From: Candidatus Bathyarchaeota archaeon
GTDB taxonomy: Archaea; Thermoproteota; Bathyarchaeia; Bathyarchaeales; Bathycorpusculaceae
Assembly (NCBI GenBank): GCA_963720565.1
Contig: CAVRFW010000002.1
Span: 1 to 64,000, forward strand
Reading direction: 5' to 3'
DNA length: 64,000 bases
The stretch's first letter is position 1. Each line of letters starts with the position of its first letter. Position numbers and translations under genes: made by a program. This document shows positions 1-10,383 of this stretch, in pieces. The notes under the pieces are model-generated. The model was given only the letters and a program-made list of their open reading frames with translations, was not told the origin of the DNA and made no database searches.

Positions 1-117
1 GAAATGTTTTCGGAAATGGAAAAACAATTGGAAAAGGGGTTTTTGATAGCTTCCGAAGAAATTAAGAACGCGTTCAACAAAGCAAAAGAAGAAATCAGAC
101 GAGCAGCTAACCGATAA
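1..117 (+). CDS. 3' end of zinc-ribbon protein, duplicate of 10384..10632
   Basis: Translates EMFSEMEKQLEKGFLIASEEIKNAFNKAKEEIRRAANR*, identical to the C-terminus of 10384..10632; truncated by the window edge. Confidence 0.85.
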   Translation, partial: EMFSEMEKQLEKGFLIASEEIKNAFNKAKEEIRRAANR

Positions 118-200
118 TCCGCCATCTGTCCCTAAGTTGGCTCGCGCTAGAGTTGTTGATAGATTTCTGAAGTAATTTCCAAAGAGATGGCAGAAAAAAT

Positions 201-371
201 CTATGTTACCGTTTTGCGCGCAAAAGGACAGTCGTTGCTGCATATCTCCATTTCGCAATTTTCGACAAATACTAAAGAAGGAAGATTATGCTTTGTTCTG
301 TGCCCATTACATTTATCTAGGACTTCACGTTCGATTTCTTGCAGAAATTTAACGTAGTATCTGGCCGCCAT
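201..371 (-). CDS. 56-aa Cys-rich small protein (not in ORF track), paralog of 63159..63332
   Basis: MAARYYVKFLQEIEREVLDKCNGHRTKHNLPSLVFVENCEMEICSNDCPFARKTVT; GGTGA SD upstream; paralog in window. Confidence 0.75.
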   Translation of the reverse strand: MAARYYVKFLQEIEREVLDKCNGHRTKHNLPSLVFVENCEMEICSNDCPFARKTVT

Positions 372-766
372 TGAAGCTCACCTTTTCCGCCTGAATCATC
401 GTATCGTAAGTATTACGAATACCATATAACCCAGATTCCGAAAAAACCAACAAATCACCAATCGATATATTACAAAACAGAACATCGATCGAATTATGCT
501 ATTTGTGTAACATTGAAAAACCACAAGAAGATACCCACTTAGAAATCTCCATCCGAAGCGAAATTCCGCAAGCTCTCCACCTTTCAAACCCTTAATATCC
601 GCATAGCCACCATTCAGAAACAATTAAGTGACAATGACCAAGCAAGTTGTAAGCTCTTTTGGGGGGTAAGTCAACACCGATTCACCGTTCAGATTCAACA
701 CAACCTCGAAAATGCGGAACATTTTAAATCCAGGCGAAGCGAACGGGTGAGAATTGCAAAGAGAAA

Positions 767-1330
767 TCATATTGGTCCTTTATACTCTTTAGTAGCTGGG
801 CAACCCGCGCATTCCACATGTTGGTAGGATAGGCAGATTCCGCACTCTTTTCCGCAAGGCGCTTTTGCACACTTTTCAAGTTGTATTTTTAGGCTAAATG
901 ATTCGCCAATTAAGGGTAGAACCCGTTGATAGGATGTTATCTTTATACCTAAAAATGATTCCAGACAGTCTATGGTGGACAGAAGTGTTTCGGCGTCTTC
1001 TGCATATATCAATGCTGAATAGGTGAGCTTTCCTACTGATTGAATTAATTGAAGGATTCGAGGACAAAGTTTGAGCTTGTCAATGAGTTGCTGCGATTCT
1101 TCGGCTTCGTCAGTTTCAAAGTGTACTGTTGCGAGTTTGAGTCCAAGTTTTGTTAAATTGAGTTTAGCTCCGAAATCGATTATTTGATTTTCGGAGAGGT
1201 GTTTTATTCTTGCGATAGCTGTTGGCCTTGAGGTCCCAGCTTCCTTGGCAATTTGGGTTGTGGATTTTCTACAATCTTCGCTTAGGGACTTCATTATTTT
1301 TAGGTCGATGTCATCTATTGTTTTTGACAT
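767..1330 (-). CDS. Lrp/AsnC family regulator with C-terminal Cys cluster
   Basis: IDDIDLKIMKSLSEDCRKS HTH start; RAM-like middle; tail PCGKECGIC..ECAGCP. Confidence 0.85.
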   Translation of the reverse strand: MSKTIDDIDLKIMKSLSEDCRKSTTQIAKEAGTSRPTAIARIKHLSENQIIDFGAKLNLTKLGLKLATVHFETDEAEESQQLIDKLKLCPRILQLIQSVGKLTYSALIYAEDAETLLSTIDCLESFLGIKITSYQRVLPLIGESFSLKIQLEKCAKAPCGKECGICLSYQHVECAGCPATKEYKGPI

Positions 1331-1349
1331 TGGTTTTCATCACACCCAG

Positions 1350-1427
1350 TTTACAAATTGTAAAGCTTTTCCTAAAACTCTATATAAAAGGTAAAGTTTA
1401 TAAGCTTTGTCTTTTACAATATGTAAA
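1350..1427. promoter_or_regulatory. Divergent promoter with two TTTACA-N3-TGTAAA palindromes
   Basis: Palindromes at 1350-1364 and 1413-1427 flank TATA-like tatataaa (1381) and tttataa (1397). Confidence 0.7.
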
Positions 1428-1465
1428 TCAGAAAACAATGACGGAAAACCGGAGGTGAATGAAGA

Positions 1466-1882
1466 ATGGCAGGTATATGTGACACAGCAGTAGCAGCAGG
1501 CAACTTCAAAACTCTCGTAGCTGCAACCAAAGCAGCAGGCTTAGTCGAAACCCTAAACACCAAAGGACCCTTCACAGTATTCGCACCCACTGATGACGCA
1601 TTCGCAAAACTTCCCAAAGGCACAGTCGACAGTCTACTGAAAGACATACCAAAGCTAACAGCAATCCTAACATACCACGTCGTGGAGGGAAAAGTCCCAG
1701 CAAGCGATGTTGTACAACACCCAAAACTAACAACACTACAAGGACAAGACCTGAAAATCGACGCTGCAAAATGGCACCTACACAAATCAGTCAAGGTCAA
1801 CGACGCAAACATCCTCAAAGCAGACGTCCAAGCAGATAACGGAGTAATCCACGTAATCGACAAAGTTCTGTTGCCCAAGTAA
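1466..1882 (+). CDS. Single-domain fasciclin (FAS1) protein
   Basis: [43 protein letters not shown]; no signal peptide. Confidence 0.95.
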   Translation: MAGICDTAVAAGNFKTLVAATKAAGLVETLNTKGPFTVFAPTDDAFAKLPKGTVDSLLKDIPKLTAILTYHVVEGKVPASDVVQHPKLTTLQGQDLKIDAAKWHLHKSVKVNDANILKADVQADNGVIHVIDKVLLPK

Positions 1883-2025
1883 GTCATTAAGCAACAACTA
1901 ACCCAATCCTTTTTTTAGTTAAACTAAACAAGCCAGAAAGAATGGAAGCCCACGCTCAAACGAGAGCTTACAATGGAAAAACGTTAGTACAACCTATCTA
2001 AAAGCTAACTGCAGGGAATGGAAAA

Positions 2026-2187
2026 ATGGCCAAATGTCCAAAGTGCGGAAAAGAAGTAGCACCTAAGAAAACGTGGAAAATGGCGGGCAGACCTGATAAA
2101 GCAGGAAAAAGGACAGAGCTCACCATAGGTTTATGCGAATGCTGCGGCAAAACCTTCAGAACCACAGTCAGCAAGAAGAAAATCTAA
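2026..2187 (+). CDS. Cren7-like small chromatin protein, 53 aa (not in ORF track)
   Basis: MAKCPKCGKEVAPKKTWKMAGRPDKAGKRTELTIGLCECCGKTFRTTVSKKKI; P.K.W...IGL....GK.FR pattern of Cren7; followed by a T-rich tract. Confidence 0.7.
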   Translation: MAKCPKCGKEVAPKKTWKMAGRPDKAGKRTELTIGLCECCGKTFRTTVSKKKI

Positions 2188-2279
2188 TTTTCCAGTAAAA
2201 TACAACAATTCTCTCCCTTTTTTGGCTGGATTTGGCTGGACTCGAAAACTATGAGTAATGCAGTTCCAGGAAACGAAAA

Positions 2280-3119
2280 GTGAAGCGGGCATGCCGAAAA
2301 ACGAATAAACAAAAAAGTCACGCATCCACCATTACAGGAAAGGTCATCGTAAGCAAGAATGGACCTTATCTTGTTTCTGGCGCACTGCCTTTAGCCAAAG
2401 CTGAAATAGTCAACGATAGAGCCGGCGACGCTAAAGAATGGAATATCGGAAAAGAAATTCCAGTTAAGGAATCATACGCCCTTTGCCGCTGTGGCAGATC
2501 CAAGAACAAGCCTGTCTGCGATGGAACACACGTCAAAACAGGCTTTCAAGGTACGGAAACAGCAAGCCGAGAACCATACATGAAACAGGCAGAGATTGAA
2601 AATGGCCCAGAAATACGATTATCTGACGTGCAGAGCCTATGCGCTGGCTCCCGCTTCTGTCATCGGGAAGGCGGGATATGGCATCTCCTTGGAAAATCCA
2701 AAGACCCAAAAATCAAAAAAATAATCATAGAGGAAGCATGCAACTGCGCCTCAGGCCGCCTACTTGCAGTAGACAAAGAGAACGGAAAGCCAATAGAACC
2801 TGATTTGAAAAAGGCAGTTCACCTTGTTGAGGATCCAAAGAAAGGGCTGAGTGGGCCTATAAGATTGACCGGCGGGGTGAAACTGGAATCACAAGACGGG
2901 GAACCATATGAGACGAGGAACCGGGTTACTCTTTGCCGCTGCGGTGAATCGAGAAACAAGCCTTTCTGCGATGCCTCCCATGTCTCAATCAGGTTCAAAG
3001 CAAAATACAAAACACCTAATAATCGACTATTTCAGAAACAAAACAGGAGGCGCACTCGTCTTCATGGACCAACAAACCCAGAGAAAACACTTAATGTGAA
3101 TACTCTATTCCATCCGTGA
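2280..3119 (+). CDS. CDGSH iron-sulfur protein (two CDGSH domains plus divergent ferredoxin-like middle domain)
   Basis: LCRCGRSKNKPVCDGTH and LCRCGESRNKPFCDASH; middle CAGSRFC..CASGRL. Confidence 0.9.
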   Translation: MKRACRKTNKQKSHASTITGKVIVSKNGPYLVSGALPLAKAEIVNDRAGDAKEWNIGKEIPVKESYALCRCGRSKNKPVCDGTHVKTGFQGTETASREPYMKQAEIENGPEIRLSDVQSLCAGSRFCHREGGIWHLLGKSKDPKIKKIIIEEACNCASGRLLAVDKENGKPIEPDLKKAVHLVEDPKKGLSGPIRLTGGVKLESQDGEPYETRNRVTLCRCGESRNKPFCDASHVSIRFKAKYKTPNNRLFQKQNRRRTRLHGPTNPEKTLNVNTLFHP

Positions 3120-3315
3120 GCTAGAGCAATTTGCCTCTTTGCGCTTCAAATCAAAACCCAGCCTGCCAGAACCCACGGGCCACTTCACCTTTCACTCAAA
3201 GCTCCTGTTGCTCTGGCAAATTCACGAACAAACCTTATTTAATTCGCGAATCAAGCGTCTTCATCTGCAGCCATTTTAACGGTATTGTCTAAGCGCGAGC
3301 TTTCTTTAAATATCC

Positions 3316-3552
3316 TTGAAATTAGATTATGATCTCAGACAGGGAATGATGATAAAGATGGTGGGCGAATTTAAGAAACAAATCGAACAGGTTTTGACAG
3401 ATAGAAAACTGTTAGATGACATTATGGGCATAGTAGATGCTTCTGGAAATGAATTCCCATGCTTGTCTTGTCCTTCCAAAGACAATTGCGCTACCTTCAA
3501 ATGGTTCATAAAATGGTTCGGAACGCAAGGAGCAGACATTGACCCCGCCTGA
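3316..3552 (+). CDS. Small Cys-containing hypothetical protein
   Basis: FPCLSCPSKDNC motif; true start probably downstream (3346-3358). Confidence 0.55.
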   Translation: MKLDYDLRQGMMIKMVGEFKKQIEQVLTDRKLLDDIMGIVDASGNEFPCLSCPSKDNCATFKWFIKWFGTQGADIDPA

Positions 3553-3704
3553 GCCCCTGGTTTCGACTAATCTGAATTGACTGAACGGTGGTGCAACTAC
3601 CAGCCATGTTGGCGTCGCCGTTTTTCTACAATACTAGTATTTAGATTGAGACTGAGGTTTAGTGGCACTCGCTCCGTGAACGCTTTTTTCCTTTTTGCCT
3701 TCTT

Positions 3705-4143
3705 TCAGGATCTGATCTTGTATTTGGCTCGTATGTGAGCCTGCAACAAGTAAACCATAACAAGGACGCTGTAGGTTATTTCGCCGAGACCAGCAAACTT
3801 CGGAATCCCGGGAACGCTTGGCAAATCCAGCAAGGTCAAAGAATCTGCAACCACAACAAACACCAACACCGCGAACGTGCCAACCCAACCCCAACGTTTC
3901 TGCAGCCAAAGCGGCACCGCGAACAGCAGCGTCAAGAAACCGAAAATAATCGTGTAGATGCTGTATATGTCACCTAGCAGAGGACAAGCCGACAACGCCC
4001 ACAAACAGAGTTGTCCGAGACGCAACCAGAAGCCAAAATCCGAACAAAACATGAACAAAACCAATAAGAACCTGAGCAGCTGTCAAAGCAACTATGCCTA
4101 AGGCTCTACCCTTATACTCAAGAGGAGAAACTGCTTTGTTCAT
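3705..4143 (-). CDS. Multi-pass membrane protein split by a frameshift near 3975
   Basis: MNKAVSPLEYKGRALGIVAL.. (ORF 3970..4254) continues as GDIYSIYTIIFG.. (ORF 3705..4064). Confidence 0.65.
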
Positions 4144-4312
4144 ATACGCATTTCCATTACCCGTTTTAACGATATTCTCTAAAATGTCTTTCCTCAAAGA
4201 AAACGATAACCACAGACGGAAAAACAACGCAACCGCAAGCAGAACTAAAGTCATGGTGTTGTTTTTAGCCCACTAAAAAGGGGGAAAGTGAAGGTTGCTT
4301 CTTCACAGGTGT

Positions 4313-6919
4313 TTAGCGTTTTCTAAGCAATAGAGCTAGCGCGACACCGACTACGGCGATTGCAGCGACGATTATGCCTATTCCAGGCAGCAAGTATTGG
4401 TCAGCCAAGGATGCAGGTGCTTGTGTTGGTTCAGGTGTGGCCGTGGAAACTGCTTCGTCTACTTGTATGGCGGTCTCTGAGAACGAGCCGTAGTAGGATC
4501 CGGATCCTGCAAAGCTAGCTACAATAGTGTATTTTCCTGGAACTTCTGGTGCGAAAGCTAGACTGTAGAAGCCTGTCGAGTCGCTGGTTGTTCTGCCCAC
4601 TTCGTAATAGTTGTTGTTAGGATCAAGCACTTCAACGACAACTTCAACGCCGGCAGCGTTTGTTGGACGAGAGAACTGCTTGTACACGTACAGCATCCAG
4701 TCGCTCATGCTATCGTCAGAAACAGCGGGGACTCCGTTTGGAAAACGAGTTGTCAAAGCCTCATCCTTCGTGCCTGGAGATACGTCAGTCACCATGCCTT
4801 TTACAAGCACGCTGCTACCGTGCACTGAGACTTCTGGTGAAGCGGCAACTGTCGTTGCGCTGGGTCCTTTGCCAACGGCATACATGCGCTGGTCGTAAGT
4901 GTCCATTGTGGCTATTATGCTGTCTGCGATAATCGCTAGTCCTCCCCAGGCAGTCTGACGGAACAAACCGTTAGCTCTCCATATGAGCTCTCCTGTTTCT
5001 GCGTCAAGGCAAAGGAACGGTGCACCGCGTGGTAGCGGCTGATTGGCAGAGTGCTCGCTAGAGCCTAAATAGAGTTTTCCGTCGGTGACAAGAATTATTC
5101 CTAGCCACCAATTACTGGAAAACATGCTTTCGGTGTAGGGGTCTCTTGCTGTATAGTTCCACAGTAAGTTGCCTGTTTGTGCATCGTAGCAGTACAGTAT
5201 TCCGGCAACTCCGCAAGCGTAGAGTTTATCGTAGGCGACCACGTGGGATGGAAGATTTGTTCCCTCGTATATGTCCAAGTAGTACTGCGATGGAGTTGGA
5301 CCCCACATCAGGTTTCCTGTTTCGAGGCTGACGCCGTAGTGTTGTCTAAGCTCTTTTGACCATAGAATGCCAACTTTGGATTCTGCGCTCCAAGTGGCCC
5401 AGCTTATGCTTTCGTTGCGTGCAATCCAATTAGATGGTGGCGTCCATTGTTTATTGAACAACACCTGTCCTTCTTGTCCTTTCTTCAAGCTTAAGCCCCA
5501 GACCGAGACGGTACTTGGCACGGATCCGCCCATGAAACCACCCTGAAGGTTCGAACCGATCACTCTGTCGCCGAAGAAGGCTGTTTGAACGCTTCCAGCC
5601 AAACCTTGTGGTAACGTCTTATTCCAACTGTATGCATTCTTAGCCGCTGTAGTGTTCGCTCCCGCATCAAAAGTCATTCCATTAACCACGTTTCCCCAGC
5701 TGCCACCGCCCACGTAGTATCCCGTAGCGGATTCTTCGATAAATTGCGTCATGTTCCACAGAGCCATCCAGCCTGCAAATTGATTGACTTCTAGTACATA
5801 GAGTCCCCCGCTTGAATCACGCAAAGTGGTGCCTGCTGGTATATTCAGAACGGAGAAAGCCTGGTTTCCAGTGTAGGCGTTAAATGCAGTCCATGTTGAC
5901 GGCGCAAAAGTACCGCTGAAGAAGTCATAGCCTCCGGTGGCCACGTATAAGTAAGCGAAAGTGCCCATATAATTGAACCCTTGGTAATACAACAGCTGAC
6001 CGAACGAAATCGTCTGATTGTTCATGAAAGTTCTAGTCCACAGTTCTTCACCGGTATGCAGGTCTACGCAATGATATTCCACTGGCTCAGGAAGAGCGGC
6101 ATTCGTCATCATGCCAGCTGCATGAACCGCGTAGTAAAGCCTTCCCGCAATAACTAGCCGGCTACTCCATATACCCTCATATGCGTCTCCAGTCCCGAAT
6201 CCAACAGCTCCTTGGTTTATTGAATCAGCAAGCCCCACGTCTCCTCCGGCAAGTCCTCCTATCGTCAACACCTTTGTCCACAGTATATGAGCGGTCTCCG
6301 GTCCGTCGTTGTTAGGAGCGAACCTGTTGTCAGGATCATACAGCCAACTTCCCGAGATCGTGTACCATTCTCTAGATTGTGCATCTATGGGGCGAGTCCA
6401 GTATTCAGTTGGTAGTGGCACGCCAGGATAGATCGGTGTTGACTCCTCCTGTACTACAAGCGTTAGTTGTTCGCTGTCACTGGCCGAATAAAACGTGCGA
6501 ATATCAGATGGTGGACCAAATAGACTAGCTCCAGAAAAGTTGTACCACTGTGCAGGGAAATGCGTCTGCAAAACATAGTTGCCAGCCACGTTAGGCACAT
6601 ATATTGTGCCTGATCCACCTGTTGAGTCGGTGTTGAACGGCCCTAATGTCTGAGTGGTACCGTCGGGTTTTGTGACTGTTACTGTTATGCCCTTGAAGTT
6701 TTCAGTTGCGTTTTGAGTTGACGCCGTGATTCCGAAGTGAAGCAACACTGATTGTCCAACACCTACGGGGTTAGGTCTAGCGCCGATGAAGGCGTAGGAC
6801 GTCATTGTATTGATTTGTGGTCCAAATTGTGCGTTGGCATTAGGCAAAGCAACAAGCGAAATAGCCATTGTTAGCATTAGAAGAAGAGCAATCGCTGTAG
6901 CAATCTTGTTTCTAGTCAA
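4313..6919 (-). CDS. Secreted, membrane-anchored PQQ-like beta-propeller protein
   Basis: Signal peptide; repeats CVDLHTGEELW, CYDAQTGNLLW, CLDAETGELIW; Ig-like C-domain; TM plus LLLRKR. Confidence 0.9.
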   Translation of the reverse strand: MTRNKIATAIALLLMLTMAISLVALPNANAQFGPQINTMTSYAFIGARPNPVGVGQSVLLHFGITASTQNATENFKGITVTVTKPDGTTQTLGPFNTDSTGGSGTIYVPNVAGNYVLQTHFPAQWYNFSGASLFGPPSDIRTFYSASDSEQLTLVVQEESTPIYPGVPLPTEYWTRPIDAQSREWYTISGSWLYDPDNRFAPNNDGPETAHILWTKVLTIGGLAGGDVGLADSINQGAVGFGTGDAYEGIWSSRLVIAGRLYYAVHAAGMMTNAALPEPVEYHCVDLHTGEELWTRTFMNNQTISFGQLLYYQGFNYMGTFAYLYVATGGYDFFSGTFAPSTWTAFNAYTGNQAFSVLNIPAGTTLRDSSGGLYVLEVNQFAGWMALWNMTQFIEESATGYYVGGGSWGNVVNGMTFDAGANTTAAKNAYSWNKTLPQGLAGSVQTAFFGDRVIGSNLQGGFMGGSVPSTVSVWGLSLKKGQEGQVLFNKQWTPPSNWIARNESISWATWSAESKVGILWSKELRQHYGVSLETGNLMWGPTPSQYYLDIYEGTNLPSHVVAYDKLYACGVAGILYCYDAQTGNLLWNYTARDPYTESMFSSNWWLGIILVTDGKLYLGSSEHSANQPLPRGAPFLCLDAETGELIWRANGLFRQTAWGGLAIIADSIIATMDTYDQRMYAVGKGPSATTVAASPEVSVHGSSVLVKGMVTDVSPGTKDEALTTRFPNGVPAVSDDSMSDWMLYVYKQFSRPTNAAGVEVVVEVLDPNNNYYEVGRTTSDSTGFYSLAFAPEVPGKYTIVASFAGSGSYYGSFSETAIQVDEAVSTATPEPTQAPASLADQYLLPGIGIIVAAIAVVGVALALLLRKR

Positions 6920-7087
6920 TTTTCATTCTCCTTTCATTATAAGCCTCTTTGAAGGCCAGTGTCCTTCTCAGACCAACTTGTATTTAACACTTTAAAAAAC
7001 GACAAACAACACAAAAAACCATGCATAGGCACCAAAAAAAGAAGCGCGCTAAAAAAAATGCGCGCGCTAAATGATGTCGTTAAGGAT

Positions 7088-7318
7088 TTACTTGTGTTTG
7101 TCTAGGAAGGGAACTGCCATGGCTACGGCGCCTACGATGATTTTGAGAACTGCATGCCAATCTGGTTCAGAGCCCATGGTGGAAACCCCTGGCAAACCTG
7201 CAATGCCCATCACCAAAACTATTGCACCGACAATAATCAGAGTCCATTTTGTGTAATGTAAGCTTTCACCTCCAGCAATTGCGTAAATTGGTTTTTTGTC
7301 TTTTTGGGTATTTAACAT
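7088..7318 (-). CDS. Small two-TM membrane protein
   Basis: Two hydrophobic helices; internal GGAGGTGA SD suggests the real start is near 7261. Confidence 0.6.
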   Translation of the reverse strand: MLNTQKDKKPIYAIAGGESLHYTKWTLIIVGAIVLVMGIAGLPGVSTMGSEPDWHAVLKIIVGAVAMAVPFLDKHK

Positions 7319-7450
7319 TTGCCAAGCAGTTTTTAAACCACATTAATTACCCAATTCTCTCAAGATTCGGCAGCGCGCGCGTCTCAGCACACCGGCTTGG
7401 AAGACTAATATTGTCGTGTTTCCAGTAATCTGTGTTGGAGAGGATTATTT

Positions 7451-8374
7451 ATGCCCAATTCTGTTATGGGGGAAGTTTTCATCACCAAAACAAATGACCG
7501 AAATGCCGGCATCCGAACCCTTCTAAGTCGCTTTGAACTTGGCAGCTTCTCGGGAAAACGTGTTGCCCTTAAAGCGAATTTCAACAGCGCAGATCCGTTT
7601 CCAGCATCGACTCATATTGAAACTTTGAGCACGTTGATTAAGATTTTGAAAGAAGCAAACGCGAACGAGATTATACTGGCGGAACGCAGCGGTATGGGCG
7701 ACACGAGAAGAGTCTTAGAGAAAATGGGGGTCTTCGAATTGTCGAAAAAGCTGGGATTCAAGGTCATGGTATTGGATGAAAGCGAGGAAGAAGACTGGGT
7801 TAAACTTGGAGGCAAGGGCACACATTGGAAACGCGGGTTTTATATTGCCAGAGTGTTTCTTGAGGCAGACAAAGTGGTTCAAACTTGCTGTCTGAAGACT
7901 CACCGGTTCGGCGGGCACTTTACGCTCTCACTGAAGAATTCGGTGGGCTTGGTCGCAAACGAAATTCCAAACGATGCGCACAGCTATATGAATGAACTGC
8001 ACACCTCTCCTTTTCAAGGACAAATGATAGCTGAGATTAACAGTTTCTACCACACTGATCTGGTCCTCATGGATGGGATACGCGCCTTCGTTGACGGCGG
8101 TCCCGATAAGGGCGCCGAGGTGGAGCCGGACCTTCTATTCGCAAGCAAAGACCGAGTGGCATTAGACGCCGTAGGCATTGCCGTTCTCAGAAGCTACGGC
8201 AAAAGCGACCCGACGGTTATGAAAGGAAGAATTTTCGAGCTTGACCAGATTCAAAGAGCTGCTATGCTTGAAATGGGTGTGAAATCAGCATCGGAGATAA
8301 AGTTGACTCCCTTGGACGAGGGAAGCTTTCCCGTTGTGGAGAAACTGGAGCATATTCTCCAGAAAGAAGGATGA
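7451..8374 (+). CDS. DUF362 family protein
   Basis: KRVALKANFNS..TH, CCLKTH..TLSLKNSVG, DRVALDA. Confidence 0.85.
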   Translation: MPNSVMGEVFITKTNDRNAGIRTLLSRFELGSFSGKRVALKANFNSADPFPASTHIETLSTLIKILKEANANEIILAERSGMGDTRRVLEKMGVFELSKKLGFKVMVLDESEEEDWVKLGGKGTHWKRGFYIARVFLEADKVVQTCCLKTHRFGGHFTLSLKNSVGLVANEIPNDAHSYMNELHTSPFQGQMIAEINSFYHTDLVLMDGIRAFVDGGPDKGAEVEPDLLFASKDRVALDAVGIAVLRSYGKSDPTVMKGRIFELDQIQRAAMLEMGVKSASEIKLTPLDEGSFPVVEKLEHILQKEG

Positions 8375-8561
8375 GCTTTTGAGGAACTAATTACGGCCTT
8401 GTGCCCGGTTTGCGACTTCACGACAACGGATTAGAAGAAAAGGAGGAGTATGCTTCTCCTTCAGGAACACGCACTGCTAAACTATCATTTAGCAGAGCAA
8501 CAGCACAGAGCACAAATCTTTTTATCCAGTTTGGGAGACAGCCGATTGTGTTATTGACGAG

Positions 8562-9072
8562 ATGGAATCGAAGATGAAAAGATGGGTCTGGACAGGTTTG
8601 GTGTTGGTGATTCTCGTGTCGATTTCGGCTTTATGGCTATTCAGAGGCCATATTGCGCAGTCTCCAGAAACCGAATTCAGAATAGTCTCCCTCGAAAACA
8701 ATGCCCTGATTATCTCTGACGCTGACATTCTGTCTTACAATTGGACAAGCCAAGAAATCGCCATAACTGACGAAGCATCGGATAGACTTGGTAGGAATGG
8801 GAGATAGTTTGTACAGCTTCGCCTCCGGCTTCGTGATTAGGATTAACGGAGAAGAGGTTTATCGCGGAGTGTTCCGAGCTGCCTATATGTCAGCGATTCC
8901 TGAATCTCCGAGAATTTCCATCCTTTTTCCATCCATGCTTTTCCCGTCTGAGACTGAAAACCGCAATGCGATACGGATGTTTTATCCATGGTTTGATCCG
9001 CCAAGCGACCAACCTGAAGAAAACGCGAGACTCTTTGATTACTTTGAGGACGTTAACAAACTGTCCTACTAA
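8562..9072 (+). CDS. N-terminally anchored hypothetical protein, frameshift near 8790
   Basis: ORFs 8562..8807 and 8788..9072 overlap and join into one protein. Confidence 0.6.
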
Positions 9073-9144
9073 CTAAATCGCAGTGCGCTAGTATAATCTT
9101 CATCTGGTTTGGGGAAAAGTTAAAGCCAAATAAGGAGTAACAAA

Positions 9145-9699
9145 GTGAATGGGGGAATGAAGTTGCTTGAAGGCAAGAATGTGAATCTGAGAATTATGGA
9201 GAAAGAAGACTTGCCCCTATTTGCCGAGTGGGTCAACAAACCTGAGGTCTTTGGCGAGTACAATCCTCTCCACCAGATGTCCAGAGCACAGGCAGAGAAA
9301 ATCCTCGAGAACCCTCATGAAGAAACACCCTTCCTAATACTGAAAAAAGACGGAAGCAAAATCGGTTTTGTGAGCTATTTCTACGTTCTACATGTGGCGG
9401 GCAAACAATTGGAAATAGGTTACAGTTTGCTGCCAGACGAGCGCGGGAAAGGTTACGGCACCGAAGCAATAGAAATTATGGTAGACTACTTGTTTCTCTC
9501 CAGAGACATACAGCGTATTCAAGTCCAAACTGACCCCAGAAACATAGCCTCCCAGAAACTATTAGCGAAGGCAGGATTTAGCAAGGAAGGAACACTCCGC
9601 AAGAACTTCTTCATGAGAGGAGAATGGAGAGATGTCTATATTTACAGTATTCTGAGAGAGGAGTGGAAAGAACCAAGAATACTAGCTAAAACAAACTAA
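9145..9699 (+). CDS. GNAT acetyltransferase, RimJ/RimL type
   Basis: EIGYSLLPDERGKGYGTEA, NIASQKLLAKAGFSKEG. Confidence 0.9.
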   Translation: MNGGMKLLEGKNVNLRIMEKEDLPLFAEWVNKPEVFGEYNPLHQMSRAQAEKILENPHEETPFLILKKDGSKIGFVSYFYVLHVAGKQLEIGYSLLPDERGKGYGTEAIEIMVDYLFLSRDIQRIQVQTDPRNIASQKLLAKAGFSKEGTLRKNFFMRGEWRDVYIYSILREEWKEPRILAKTN

Positions 9700-9748
9700 C
9701 GACAATTGTCGAATGCCTTAAATCTTAGTCCAACCAACCCAAAACTGC

Positions 9749-10300
9749 CTACATAACAGACTTTGACATCATGACTTCGTCTATGAATCTGCCCTGTCGA
9801 AGATGCTTCTTTGAAATTATGCCTGACTGAGCAAAACCAACTTTCTCATAAACGTGAATTGCCCACTTGTTGGTGGCGAAAGCGTTCACAGTCATTGTCT
9901 TCAACCCAAAGAAAGCTGCCTGCTCCAGAAGAGTTTTCATAATCTCAGTTCCAATCCCCAAATTTCTGTAGCCGTTCCTCACGACTATTCCTATTGCCCC
10001 GACGCGATTCTCTTCGTCTGCGCCTCTAACTTGAAAATCGGACGAAGCGATAACTTTCTTATCAACTTCTGCCACGAGAAAGAAAAGCTCATCTTTCTCT
10101 AAACGTGAGAGGACTTTAAGCAGCCACCCCGCCTCTGCTTCCCTCGTGAATTTCTGAGTAATGTAGATTTCTGCTTTCTCGTCAACAAGCGAGTTGATTA
10201 ATTCCAAGAGGTCGTCCAAGTCTCTCCATCTTGGTGTTCTTAGAACTACCTTTCGTCCGTCTTTGACGTTGAATCTCTTAAGAATTTTCCCTGTTTTCAA
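9749..10300 (-). CDS. GNAT acetyltransferase
   Basis: YRNLGIGTEIM, NKWAIHVYEKVGF. Confidence 0.9.
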   Translation of the reverse strand: MKTGKILKRFNVKDGRKVVLRTPRWRDLDDLLELINSLVDEKAEIYITQKFTREAEAGWLLKVLSRLEKDELFFLVAEVDKKVIASSDFQVRGADEENRVGAIGIVVRNGYRNLGIGTEIMKTLLEQAAFFGLKTMTVNAFATNKWAIHVYEKVGFAQSGIISKKHLRQGRFIDEVMMSKSVM

Positions 10301-10383
10301 GCAAGTGCCTTACAGTATTCGCCACAAGAGACGCAGATAATTCTTTTGGGTTTGGGATTGAGCGCGACAGAATAGACGGCAGG

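Noticed and set aside
396..623. 75-aa hydrophobic ORF
   Set aside because: No motif, SD or paralog; probably spurious
8375..8520. CPVC..QEH..YH frame after the DUF362 stop with an in-frame TAG at 8432, as possible Sec/Pyl readthrough
   Set aside because: No SECIS/PYLIS or other support; more simply a decayed zinc-finger remnant or chance
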